50,892 bases of DNA from assembly GCA_004524535.1 (NCBI GenBank), contig SDNY01000008.1, positions 1 to 50,892 on the forward strand, written 5' to 3'. Position numbers and translations under genes: made by a program. Shown here one piece after another: positions 20,096 through 29,160 of the stretch. Position 1 is the first letter of the stretch. Each line of letters opens with the position of its first letter. The stretch is from Promethearchaeota archaeon (lineage in GTDB: Archaea; Asgardarchaeota; Lokiarchaeia; Sigyniarchaeales; SOKP01). Under the pieces are notes generated by a model. The model was not told where the DNA came from. It was given only the letters and a program-made list of their open reading frames with translations, and made no database searches.

Positions 20096-20300
20096 CCACA
20101 AAAGTTAAAGCGCTTCCGGGTTCGGATGGGACCGGGTATTTTCCAAGATTCCCATGACCGTAAACGAATCTTTGCTTGCGGCGCGAAGCGCGCAATCAAT
20201 TTACAGTTTGACAGTTCCCACAGATCGCAACTGCAGTACTATTGTCAACGAAATCAAGTTTAACTTCCGGCGCGTGCCTAATTGCCACCAACTTTTATGG
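20096..20300 (-). repeat. 13-bp imperfect inverted repeat enclosing the permuted 5S unit
   Basis: 20288-20300 (CCAUAAAAGUUGG on minus) pairs with 20096-20108 (UUAACUUUUGUGG); all three non-Watson-Crick positions are G.U on the 5S sense strand. Confidence 0.7.
20113..20270 (-). rRNA. rrf: 5S rRNA gene in circularly permuted order (3' half 20270-20200, 35-nt linker, 5' half 20164-20113)
   Basis: Minus strand: CCGGAAGTTAAA...AGTACTGCAGTTGCGATCTGTGGGAACTGTCAAACTGTAAA precedes TTTACGGTCATGG...ATACCCGGTCCCATCCGAACCCGGAAG. Helix I (UUUACGGU/ACUGUAAA), helix V (UUGACA/UGUCAA), loop E AGUA/GAA and loop C CCGAAC are all present. Joined length is 116 nt. Confidence 0.8.
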
Positions 20301-20416
20301 CTGTATCCGTAATATAGCAGCATTTTACTATTTCATAATAAATGCTTGCTTATATGATTTAGACTAAAAATGGTAATAAAGGTTAATAATTAAATTTTTT
20401 CAAAAAAAGATCAAAC

Positions 20417-22567
20417 TTAAAAGGAATCGTTTCGTGAGTGTAATAATTTATACTTATAATTCTTATACCCTTTGTAGGTTATAAAAATCGAAATCCCTGT
20501 TATACTTATAATAGCTATTGACATTGTAATAAGGATATAATCCATCATTGGCGTGGGTATTGTAAATTCAAAGCTATCATCATCTAAGATATGATAATTG
20601 TCAGCCCAATCTCTTGCTACTATTAAAAATGAGTATTTACCCGGATCTAAATTATGAATCGTGTGTTTAAACAAATTATCTTCATCACCCCTAAAGCTAT
20701 TTAACATTCTGTAATATGAATATTCATCAAAATCATCGTCATCTTCAGATTGTAATAAAAATACGCTTTCAAGACCCGATTGTAAGTCATATGCGTTGAC
20801 CTCAAAACAAACATCATCATAAACCGTAGGTTCATCAGGACTACAATCTTCATCGCTAATTTCTGGTACTAAATTGTCCGGAAGTGTTGAAAAATTAAAG
20901 TACGAGGGAATTAAATTATGCCCTGTTATTGTCACATTATATTTTTCACCCGCTTGAGCGGGAAGGCGAAAATTGACTTTTCCATTAATATCAGCGTATG
21001 CTGTATAATATTTTCCATCTTCAGTTCTCAGATGTACTCGTGCGTAAGGAACCGCAATACCGTTATCATTCTTAATTACTGTTGAAACCATTTGTGCCTC
21101 GAAAAAATTTCCTTTAAAGGGATTTGATGCATTTATTGGAACACCAGTATAAATATCAACTTCTGGATCTCCTAAAAGACAATAAGTTAAAACATTCTTA
21201 CGCTGCCATTCTTCGTTCATTGTTGCTTCACCTCTTTCAAAATAATCACTATTCATATATGCAACTTTCGAGTCATATAACGCTCTCCCTTGTTGGAATT
21301 TTTTATTTTGAAAAAATTCCTCCCAAAATAACTTGGCATTTCCACGATTCAATTTTTCAAGATAAGTATCATCATCATAATAAAATGTTATTCTTAGAGC
21401 ACCTACTACTCCTATAGCTCCCGCATTAGATACATTTATTAAGATTTCAGCTAAATTGTTGTCATTTTTGTCATATGATGCTGTTTCACAAGCATCAAGA
21501 TAAACTAAAGAAGGCATATTAATATTACCACAATTCTCAGCATCATTAGTATCATACATTGTAACTTTTGTTGGAGAAAGCCTACTATAAACATCATAAT
21601 TGTCACCATGCCCAGCCATTATAACTGTCGAATATCCAGCAGTCATGTTTTGACTTACCTTTGCTTGAGTTAGATCTTCAAAAGGTTCAATAGGTATAAA
21701 TTTAGAAGGTTCTGAAGGATAATATTTACCAGTATAATCACATAGATGTGTAAAATTCATGAAAAAGTGTGTATATTGTTGCCAAATGTATTGAGTAAGG
21801 CGACCTTCATCTTCATAATCATTTAAATTTGTAGGAGAGGGATCTGAGATTCCACCTGCTAAAAGCATCCTATTCATCCATTCACCAATAAAAGGATCTG
21901 TTTCATATTTTAATGTTTTATTAACCATCAGTTCAAGTTCATAAGCATCATTTGCGGGTAATCGCCCCACATAAACTTCTGGTGTCCAATCAATCTCGTC
22001 TATTCCCCCCGTATAAATTGGTGATTCGCCCCATTTTCCATTATTATTATTATCCCAGCTGCCGGTTAAATCTGCGTAATAAAAATCAGTTGGTTTATTA
22101 TCTGGTTCACCGCTAGGATCAGGATTGTATACATATCTAATAGGAATTAAATCATCATTCGAATCGTCTTTTATATCACCACATAAAAGAACCCATCGAA
22201 TATTATCTCTCTCATAATAATATTTTATCTTATTTCGAATCTCTTCAGCATTGCTGCTAACATTTAAAATAACTGTTTTTACACCTTTTTCATTTTTCCA
22301 TTCCATTAGGGGCTTTACAGCTTCATAAAAATCAGGTTTACCTTCAGGCACAATAATAAGCATTTCGATTTTAGGATTGTACCAATTATAGTTTAGAGAA
22401 TAGTAATCTATTTGTGGTAATTCAGACAAATCTATGTCTGGAACATCATCAGCAACTACATTGGTAGGAGTTAAATTTGTATCTCCAAATATGTAGTAAT
22501 TAATTCCTGAAAATGGGATTAAAGTTAAAATAATGATAGACAAAAACGCTGTCTTTTTAGATATCAT
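20417..22567 (-). CDS. C25-family (gingipain-like) cysteine peptidase, membrane anchored
   Basis: WKNEKGV, WVLLCGD, TDFYYADL, VGRLP, catalytic AGHG and LDACET, LLGDPE; N-terminal signal/TM and C-terminal TM. Confidence 0.9.
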   Translation of the reverse strand: MISKKTAFLSIIILTLIPFSGINYYIFGDTNLTPTNVVADDVPDIDLSELPQIDYYSLNYNWYNPKIEMLIIVPEGKPDFYEAVKPLMEWKNEKGVKTVILNVSSNAEEIRNKIKYYYERDNIRWVLLCGDIKDDSNDDLIPIRYVYNPDPSGEPDNKPTDFYYADLTGSWDNNNNGKWGESPIYTGGIDEIDWTPEVYVGRLPANDAYELELMVNKTLKYETDPFIGEWMNRMLLAGGISDPSPTNLNDYEDEGRLTQYIWQQYTHFFMNFTHLCDYTGKYYPSEPSKFIPIEPFEDLTQAKVSQNMTAGYSTVIMAGHGDNYDVYSRLSPTKVTMYDTNDAENCGNINMPSLVYLDACETASYDKNDNNLAEILINVSNAGAIGVVGALRITFYYDDDTYLEKLNRGNAKLFWEEFFQNKKFQQGRALYDSKVAYMNSDYFERGEATMNEEWQRKNVLTYCLLGDPEVDIYTGVPINASNPFKGNFFEAQMVSTVIKNDNGIAVPYARVHLRTEDGKYYTAYADINGKVNFRLPAQAGEKYNVTITGHNLIPSYFNFSTLPDNLVPEISDEDCSPDEPTVYDDVCFEVNAYDLQSGLESVFLLQSEDDDDFDEYSYYRMLNSFRGDEDNLFKHTIHNLDPGKYSFLIVARDWADNYHILDDDSFEFTIPTPMMDYILITMSIAIISITGISIFITYKGYKNYKYKLLHSRNDSF

Positions 22568-22667
22568 TATAAATAATGAAAGAGTTTTTTGATATATATT
22601 TATTTAAGGAATAAGATTTTAAAAATAAGAATATATTTGTTATATAAAATAAAAGAACTGGTTTTAT

Positions 22668-22907
22668 ATGCCTCTTAAATTTAATACCTGTCCTCATTGT
22701 AATAAAAAGATTTCATTTAAAATTGAGATGGACGATTTTGATCCAAGTCATTATCCAGCTCCCGTCTATATTCATCATAAAGATGAATCTTGTAATAAAT
22801 TTTCAACATTTTATTTTGACAGTAAATTTCGGGTTTCATATAAAGAACTGGAAAAAAAAAAATCATTAACGGGTCGAGAGATAAAAACTATAAAAACGAT
22901 ACAATAG
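22668..22907 (+). CDS. small putative zinc-binding protein
   Basis: CPHC...YPAPVYIHH-x4-C...YFDSKFRV. Confidence 0.7.
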   Translation: MPLKFNTCPHCNKKISFKIEMDDFDPSHYPAPVYIHHKDESCNKFSTFYFDSKFRVSYKELEKKKSLTGREIKTIKTIQ

Positions 22908-23041
22908 TTTTATACCCAAAGTATTGAATAAATCCCGTAATTATTGATTAATTTAATAATTAATACTTTCTTAATTTTAATTAGGGAAACTAGAACAGTA
23001 CTTATAATACTATAAATAAATTACTTTAGATTATAGAACTC

Positions 23042-24637
23042 ATGGCAAATGAATTAGAGGATGTAAGTGGCATTGGAAAGGCAACAGCTGAAAGATTAAA
23101 AGCGGCAGGGATTGATTCAGTTCAAAAATTAGCTACTGTAAAACTTGAAGATTTATTAGGATTAAAAATTAAAGGTGTTGGAACAGCCACTGCAAAAAAA
23201 TATATAGAGAACGCTAGAAGTATGTTTGAAAAAATGACTTCTAAAGAAAAGGTTACAACTCCATCTAAAGTAGTTAAAGAAAAAGAAGTTAAAAAAGAGA
23301 AGAAAATCCCAGAAAAAGCTAAAGTAAAGGAAAAAAAAGCAAAAGCAATAGAAGAAAAAGGATTGGATGTAAAGAAGGAATTAAGACAACAAGCTGAATG
23401 CAACATTGGTTTAGTTGGTCATGTAGACCACGGAAAAACAACGCTAGTTAAGGCTATGACTGGAGATTGGACAGACAGACATTCTGAAGAACAAGAGCGT
23501 GGTATATCTATTAAATTAGGATATTCTAACGCAACAATTCTCTACTGTCCAACATGCGATATTTATGTAACGGCACATATGGCTGAATTGGAAAGAAAAA
23601 AAGGTCAACCCCGATATACTTGTTCAAAATGCAAAGGTAAATTAATTTTTAAGCGTAATATTTCTTTTGTGGACGCACCTGGACATGAAATACTAATGGC
23701 AACCATGCTTAGTGGAGCCTCTCTAATGGACGGAGCTTGCCTATTAATTGCTGCGGATGAACCATGTCCACAACCTCAAACAAGAGAACACTTAGCTGCT
23801 TTAAACATTGCAGGGATTAAGAACATCATTGTTGTACAGAACAAGATAGATGCCGTTTCAAAAGAGCAAACTTTAGAGAACTACAATCAAATTAAAGATT
23901 TTATTAAAGGAACTGTTGCTGAAAATGCACCAATAATACCAACCTCATCTGTTTTTAACTCAAACATAGATTTAGTGATTCGCGCTTTTGAAGAAGTAAT
24001 CCCTTCTCCCAAATTGAATGAAGACGAGGAATTTCAGTTTTTAATAGCTCGGTCATTTGATATTAATCGCCCTGGAAGTGAAATTGATGATTTAAAAGGT
24101 GGCGTTATTGGTGGTTCTGTATTAAAAGGAAAAATAAAAATTGGTGATAAAATAGAAATTCGACCTGGCCTTCACATTAAAGATAATTATATGCCATTAA
24201 AATCAACTATCATTAGTATTAGTCAAGGTAAGAATTTATTGGAGGAAGCTAAACCAGGGGGGCTTATAGGTTTAGGAACAAAATTAGATCCGTCTTTGAC
24301 TAAGGGAGATTCTTTAATTGGTCATTTAGTTGGTCGACCAGGAGAGTTACCAGAAATCCTTTCTGAAGTGGAATTAAATGTTAATCTTTTAGATCGAGTG
24401 ATAGGTTCTGAAAATATGATAAAAGTGCACGATCTCAAGCATAATGAAAAATTATTGCTAGTTGTTGGTACAGAAAAAACAGGTGGAATAGTTACAAAAA
24501 TTTTAAAGAATACCGTAATAATTAAATTAAATCCCCCAATTTGTCCTGCGGAAAATTTTATTTACGCTATTTCTCGTATAATTAATCGCCGTTATCGATT
24601 AATTGGATATGGAGTTAATATAAATCACAATAAATAG
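23042..24637 (+). CDS. eif2g: translation initiation factor aIF2 gamma subunit with N-terminal (HhH)2 extension
   Basis: NIGLVGHVDHGKTT, RGISIKLGY, zinc knuckle, SFVDAPGHE, PQPQTREH, QNKID, ARSFDINRPG, GGVIGGS. Confidence 0.96.
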   Translation: MANELEDVSGIGKATAERLKAAGIDSVQKLATVKLEDLLGLKIKGVGTATAKKYIENARSMFEKMTSKEKVTTPSKVVKEKEVKKEKKIPEKAKVKEKKAKAIEEKGLDVKKELRQQAECNIGLVGHVDHGKTTLVKAMTGDWTDRHSEEQERGISIKLGYSNATILYCPTCDIYVTAHMAELERKKGQPRYTCSKCKGKLIFKRNISFVDAPGHEILMATMLSGASLMDGACLLIAADEPCPQPQTREHLAALNIAGIKNIIVVQNKIDAVSKEQTLENYNQIKDFIKGTVAENAPIIPTSSVFNSNIDLVIRAFEEVIPSPKLNEDEEFQFLIARSFDINRPGSEIDDLKGGVIGGSVLKGKIKIGDKIEIRPGLHIKDNYMPLKSTIISISQGKNLLEEAKPGGLIGLGTKLDPSLTKGDSLIGHLVGRPGELPEILSEVELNVNLLDRVIGSENMIKVHDLKHNEKLLLVVGTEKTGGIVTKILKNTVIIKLNPPICPAENFIYAISRIINRRYRLIGYGVNINHNK

Positions 24638-24687
24638 GAACAAAGTATTTTTTTTAATAATTATATTCGGATTTACTAATTTAAACA

Positions 24688-25023
24688 TTAAGACGAATAG
24701 GAAAGATATATTTCCCGTATCTTTCCTTTTATTAAAGATAACGAAGAATCTACGTTACTAAAAATTCTCTTCAACTCGTTAATTACTTCTTGACCTGTAT
24801 CTGAAGTTCCTGATTTATTTAAATTAATTTTAGTTTCATATAAAACAATAAATTCTTCAACTTTAGAAAGGAAATGTAATATAATTTCGACATTAATTTC
24901 GCTGGATAAATCATTTTCGGTTTTCATTTCTTTAAATTCATAAAAAATTTCATTCATTATTCGAGGTTTGATGGACAATAAATCAACAAAATCGTCTATA
25001 TTATCAATGAAAATAACAATTAT
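24688..25023 (-). CDS. hypothetical protein (probable ATA start; track start is TTG 24978)
   Basis: GAGGTGA at 25037-25031, then 7 nt, then in-frame ATA giving MIVIFIDNIDDFVDLL...; follows the upstream gene closely. Confidence 0.6.
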   Translation of the reverse strand: MIVIFIDNIDDFVDLLSIKPRIMNEIFYEFKEMKTENDLSSEINVEIILHFLSKVEEFIVLYETKINLNKSGTSDTGQEVINELKRIFSNVDSSLSLIKGKIREIYLSYSS

Positions 25024-25047
25024 TTCAATTTCACCTCGAATAAAGAA

Positions 25048-26805
25048 TCATTTATCTTCACGCTTTAAATAAAAAATTAAACCTAGGATGAAAAAAAGTC
25101 CTCCTATTCCTCCAAATATTAAAATTAACAGAGGAAAGTGAATAATCTGCGTAACTATATAATTAATATCCAAAAACGCGCTTACTTCTGCCTTTTTTAT
25201 CAAATCATCGCTATCTCTTCTATATATTTTAGCTGTATAATTGCCGTTAGGAACATCTTCAATTAAGACTTCTCCATTCTCATCTGTTATTAATGGGCCT
25301 AAAGGTTGCGATTTATCTTTAGATATATAAGTCCCAAATATTTCATCATAATAATAAAGTACAACCTCCAAATCAGATAATGGCATGTTAATATTATCTG
25401 TAATAATAATTCTCAGATCATTTGTAGTTTCATACCTTATTATAAAAGGACATGTCTCTCCCTTAATTATATAGGGTAGCGTAATTTTTATGCCCTGTCG
25501 TTTAGTGGCATATTCGTGAAATATTAAGCTATTTCTAATATCTTCTTCTAGTTCACTAATATTTATCTCTTTATATAATACAATCCTTTTAAATAACGAA
25601 GTACTAGTTATAACTTGGTCAAAGGAGATTGTTTCTTCTAAAATCTTAACATGTTTGAGAAAAATATGTTTTGGTCCAGAAATTATCTCTGGAAAATATA
25701 TTCTTTCCCTTATATCTTTGTCTTCAACAAGTCTATCAATACCCCATGTATAATCAACAGGATCGACGAAATCCAACGTAAAGCTTGTGGTAAAATCGAT
25801 AGCTATGGAGCTTTCATTAGCTCTAATTAAATCTTTTGTGTACACAGACTTATCAGGATGTAAAAAATCGGTAGTAATTCTAATACCATTTATACTTAAT
25901 CTATGACTACTCAATAAGTTTTTATCCGGAAGATCTATAGTCAAATTTATCAATAAATCATCAGCGGGTATTTTTTTAAATCCATCTTTAGTTAGGTTAT
26001 ATTTATACCCAATTATATCAAAATTGTAATTGAATCTTGGATAAACTATATTATCTTCATCTGTTATAATTAATTCTTGTGAAATATCTTGAGTAAGTTG
26101 CCAAGGGTCAATAGTTAAATTATAACGCCATATGATGTGCATTGTAAAATTTAGAGTATTTAATTTGAAGTAGTTTTTATAATTAAATTTTAGGAAGTTA
26201 ATCTCAGTCTCAGGAGGTTTAATAAGGGAATAATTACCATCGTTCACTTTTTTAATACTCTCTGTATTATTTTCAACTAGCAACTGATCTATAACGCAAG
26301 GGGTTAATTTTGAAGCGTAAATTAGATAATCCGTATTTGTATTGTTAAATTGAATGCTTAGCGTTTCATTTAATTTTACTGTAATTTTTCTGAAATCCTC
26401 TATACTTTCATTACGGTTATCAACTTGTGCAATTTTTGAAGTCTTAATGAATTTAATATGTTTAAAACTCATGTTTAATGCCTTTGAAGTCAAATCTTGC
26501 TTGTAATTACTATACTCAACATCATTTGTTGAATAAAAACCTGGTCCAATATCCTCTAATTTTAATAAGGTTATATTAATGCTTCCAAGACCATATTTTT
26601 CTTCCTCAAGAATTCGGGTCGGGTTATATAAATCTTTTGAGAAAGCTTGCGTTTTTGGCTTAGGAATGGAGCTTTCAGAAAGATTGTTGTTATAACTATG
26701 ATTATTGCTCTCAATGGATATTAAAGGAATAATTAAATTAGAGAATATGAGAATTAATACTAAAATTTTTGCAAGTCTAATTTTTTTATTACGATTAGTT
26801 GTCAT
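25048..26805 (-). CDS. secreted, membrane-anchored surface protein with C-terminal prealbumin/carboxypeptidase-regulatory-like domain
   Basis: N-terminal signal/TM, many NxS/T sequons, TDENGEVLIEDVPNGNYT, C-terminal TM followed by KR. Confidence 0.75.
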   Translation of the reverse strand: MTTNRNKKIRLAKILVLILIFSNLIIPLISIESNNHSYNNNLSESSIPKPKTQAFSKDLYNPTRILEEEKYGLGSINITLLKLEDIGPGFYSTNDVEYSNYKQDLTSKALNMSFKHIKFIKTSKIAQVDNRNESIEDFRKITVKLNETLSIQFNNTNTDYLIYASKLTPCVIDQLLVENNTESIKKVNDGNYSLIKPPETEINFLKFNYKNYFKLNTLNFTMHIIWRYNLTIDPWQLTQDISQELIITDEDNIVYPRFNYNFDIIGYKYNLTKDGFKKIPADDLLINLTIDLPDKNLLSSHRLSINGIRITTDFLHPDKSVYTKDLIRANESSIAIDFTTSFTLDFVDPVDYTWGIDRLVEDKDIRERIYFPEIISGPKHIFLKHVKILEETISFDQVITSTSLFKRIVLYKEINISELEEDIRNSLIFHEYATKRQGIKITLPYIIKGETCPFIIRYETTNDLRIIITDNINMPLSDLEVVLYYYDEIFGTYISKDKSQPLGPLITDENGEVLIEDVPNGNYTAKIYRRDSDDLIKKAEVSAFLDINYIVTQIIHFPLLILIFGGIGGLFFILGLIFYLKREDK

Positions 26806-27011
26806 TATTCTTTTATTTATTTAGAAAAGAGAATTTAATTCTTATTATTTAATAAAATTTTTAATCTTTATTATTTAGTCTCTGCGCTTAAAATCAATAT
26901 TCTTATATTGTGAGATTAACTAGGAATATTTATATTTATACAATTGTTTTTGAAATTTGTTTTAATTCTATTTTAGTTAGTAAATTTTTAAGAATTAATA
27001 AAATGATGTAA

Positions 27012-28391
27012 ATGGTCAATAAACCGGATCGATATAAATTTATAGGAGCCCTTGACGACGCTGTAGATCAGTTTATTGATCTTTCGTTTGATAAATATAT
27101 TTCCATATCTCATAACGACGCAGATGGAATATGTAGCCTTCATATCATTCAAAATTTATTATATAGAATGAATTCTGATTTTGACTATTTTATATATAAT
27201 AGATCAGTCTCATGGGCTAATTATTTAGAGGGTATTTTATCAAAAAATCAAACGAACAGAACCGCGCTAATATTTACTGATGTGGGTTCTAATTTATCAG
27301 AACTAATTCCAATTATCTCCAATAGAAAAGAACATTTTTTTATACTTGATCATCATGAAGTCGACATGAATATTAATGATGTTATAATTCCTGAAAATCT
27401 ACATTTTGTAAATCCTACCATTTACGGCTATGATGGTCTAGATCATGTAGCTGGTGCAACTTTAGCTTACATGTTTGCTAAAAAAATTAAGCAAAAACCG
27501 ACAATTAAGCAAGGATGGTTAACTATTATAGGGATAGCTGGGGATACATTGAGATCAACAGATAAACTTGAATCATTTAACCGAGAAATTTATGATGAAT
27601 TATTGGACGAAGAAATCTTTCAAGATACAGAAGGTTTATGCCTATTTGGAAGCATGTATGACACTATTAAAAATGGTTTAAAATATAGCATATTACCTTT
27701 TATTAAGGGATTAGGTGGTGAAGAAGACGAAATTATTAATTCTTTTTTGAAAAAATTGCAAATTAGTCCAAAGAAAAAAGTAATAGATTTAACCTATTCA
27801 GAAGGACAGAAAATTCAAGAAGAAGCAAATTTTAATAGCTATGGACATTATGCTATTTTGCCTCAAAAACAAGGAATTTTAAATTTTGCTTTCGAACATG
27901 CGCTTCTATTGAACATATTATGTTTTAAAAAGATTAATGCTGCTCTTTCGATTGTTCAAAAAAAATCAATCACTTTCTACGCAAAAGGGATATATTTCGA
28001 ATATCTTATTAATTTAGTTAAAAATTTAAAGACACTCGTTAATTTAGCACGATATGAAACCAATGAAGCAATTTTTATTAATGCCGAGCGAAAAATCCCC
28101 GCAAGTAATTGGTCAGATACAGCTAGTTTTAGTGTAGTTAATGAACTTCTTGATCCCTATAAAATTTTATTTTTAGGGGGAGAAGAAAAGAAGAATAACA
28201 CTATAAAATTAAGTATTCGATGTTCAAGAAAATATTTGGAACAAAATAATGGAGAGGGTGTAAATAGAATCATAAGTAGAATAAAAGAAGATTTAGGTGG
28301 AATGGGCGGAGGGCACAAGTTAGCAGGAGGACTTAGGTTGTCTATTCCTTCATTCAAACATTTAAAAGATAATATTGGCAATTATATTTAG
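27012..28391 (+). CDS. DHH-family phosphoesterase (RecJ/Cdc45-like)
   Basis: SHNDADG, FTDVG, LDHH, VNP, GIAGD and DHHA1 motif GGGHKLAGG. Confidence 0.9.
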   Translation: MVNKPDRYKFIGALDDAVDQFIDLSFDKYISISHNDADGICSLHIIQNLLYRMNSDFDYFIYNRSVSWANYLEGILSKNQTNRTALIFTDVGSNLSELIPIISNRKEHFFILDHHEVDMNINDVIIPENLHFVNPTIYGYDGLDHVAGATLAYMFAKKIKQKPTIKQGWLTIIGIAGDTLRSTDKLESFNREIYDELLDEEIFQDTEGLCLFGSMYDTIKNGLKYSILPFIKGLGGEEDEIINSFLKKLQISPKKKVIDLTYSEGQKIQEEANFNSYGHYAILPQKQGILNFAFEHALLLNILCFKKINAALSIVQKKSITFYAKGIYFEYLINLVKNLKTLVNLARYETNEAIFINAERKIPASNWSDTASFSVVNELLDPYKILFLGGEEKKNNTIKLSIRCSRKYLEQNNGEGVNRIISRIKEDLGGMGGGHKLAGGLRLSIPSFKHLKDNIGNYI

Positions 28392-28429
28392 TTTTATACA
28401 ATAATAATAGCGGGCGTTAATATTAAGAG

Positions 28430-28726
28430 ATGGATTTTATCGAGAGAAAATCAATTAATGCCTTTATTTTGCATTTATATATTAAGCCAAATTCTAAAAG
28501 ACAAGAAATTATTGATGATGGAGATTATCTCAAAATAAAACTTCGTTCAAAACCAATTCAAAATAAAGCAAATATAGAGTTATTAAACTTATTAAGAAAA
28601 AAATTAAAAATCTTATCAAACCAAATAAAAATAATTTCTGGGTTAAAAAAGTCCCATAAAACAATAATAATAAATTTCTCTAAAAATATTGACGAACAAG
28701 AGATTATTAAGAGGATCTTTAGTTAG
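28430..28726 (+). CDS. DUF167 (YggU/UPF0235) family protein
   Basis: IKPNSK...LKIKLRSKPIQNKANIELL...IISGLKKSHK. Confidence 0.88.
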   Translation: MDFIERKSINAFILHLYIKPNSKRQEIIDDGDYLKIKLRSKPIQNKANIELLNLLRKKLKILSNQIKIISGLKKSHKTIIINFSKNIDEQEIIKRIFS

Positions 28727-28740
28727 AATAAATGAATGAA

Positions 28741-29091
28741 TTAACTCCCAATTTTTTTCATGGATCCACATTTCAAACAAATAAGAAAATGGGTCATTCC
28801 TTCGTCAGCGCTTCTGGTTTGCCTAGTTTCTAGTTGGGCTTTATTGTATCCACATCTTCGACATTTAAAATCTTTTATAGCGCTTTTTAAGTTTTTATCT
28901 TTCCACTTCATTACTTCGGCAACATTAACTACTTCATTTCTTATAGAATGCTCAATTTTAGTTTTGAGTTTATATGATTCAGATTTTTCTTCAGAAAATG
29001 GTTTTATTGCTCCACATTTACATTTGAATACTTTTTCTCCATCTATTGTTGATGGAAACATCATACTTCCGCACTCGTCACAAAATTCCAT
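28741..29091 (-). CDS. tfs: transcription cleavage factor TFS (TFIIS/RpoM family)
   Basis: MEFCDECGSMM N-terminal ribbon; CRRC...QTRSADEG-x5-ICLKC with an intact DE pair. Confidence 0.92.
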   Translation of the reverse strand: MEFCDECGSMMFPSTIDGEKVFKCKCGAIKPFSEEKSESYKLKTKIEHSIRNEVVNVAEVMKWKDKNLKSAIKDFKCRRCGYNKAQLETRQTRSADEGMTHFLICLKCGSMKKIGS

Positions 29092-29160
29092 GTTAACTCA
29101 ACTTTAATAATAAACACTTATCTTATTGTAACAAAATAATTTTATAAAATTTTTACTTTT

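Noticed and set aside
20103-20283. Alternative BHB register using GCGC/GCGC as the central helix with CAC and GAA bulges
   Set aside because: Both bulges lie 5' of the central helix, the reverse of canonical BHB geometry, and cutting there would not regenerate the 5S sequence.
20200-20308. Reading this stretch alone as an ordinary colinear 5S gene
   Set aside because: It lacks the helix III 5' strand and loop C (CCGAAC), which are found only in the downstream half at 20113-20164.
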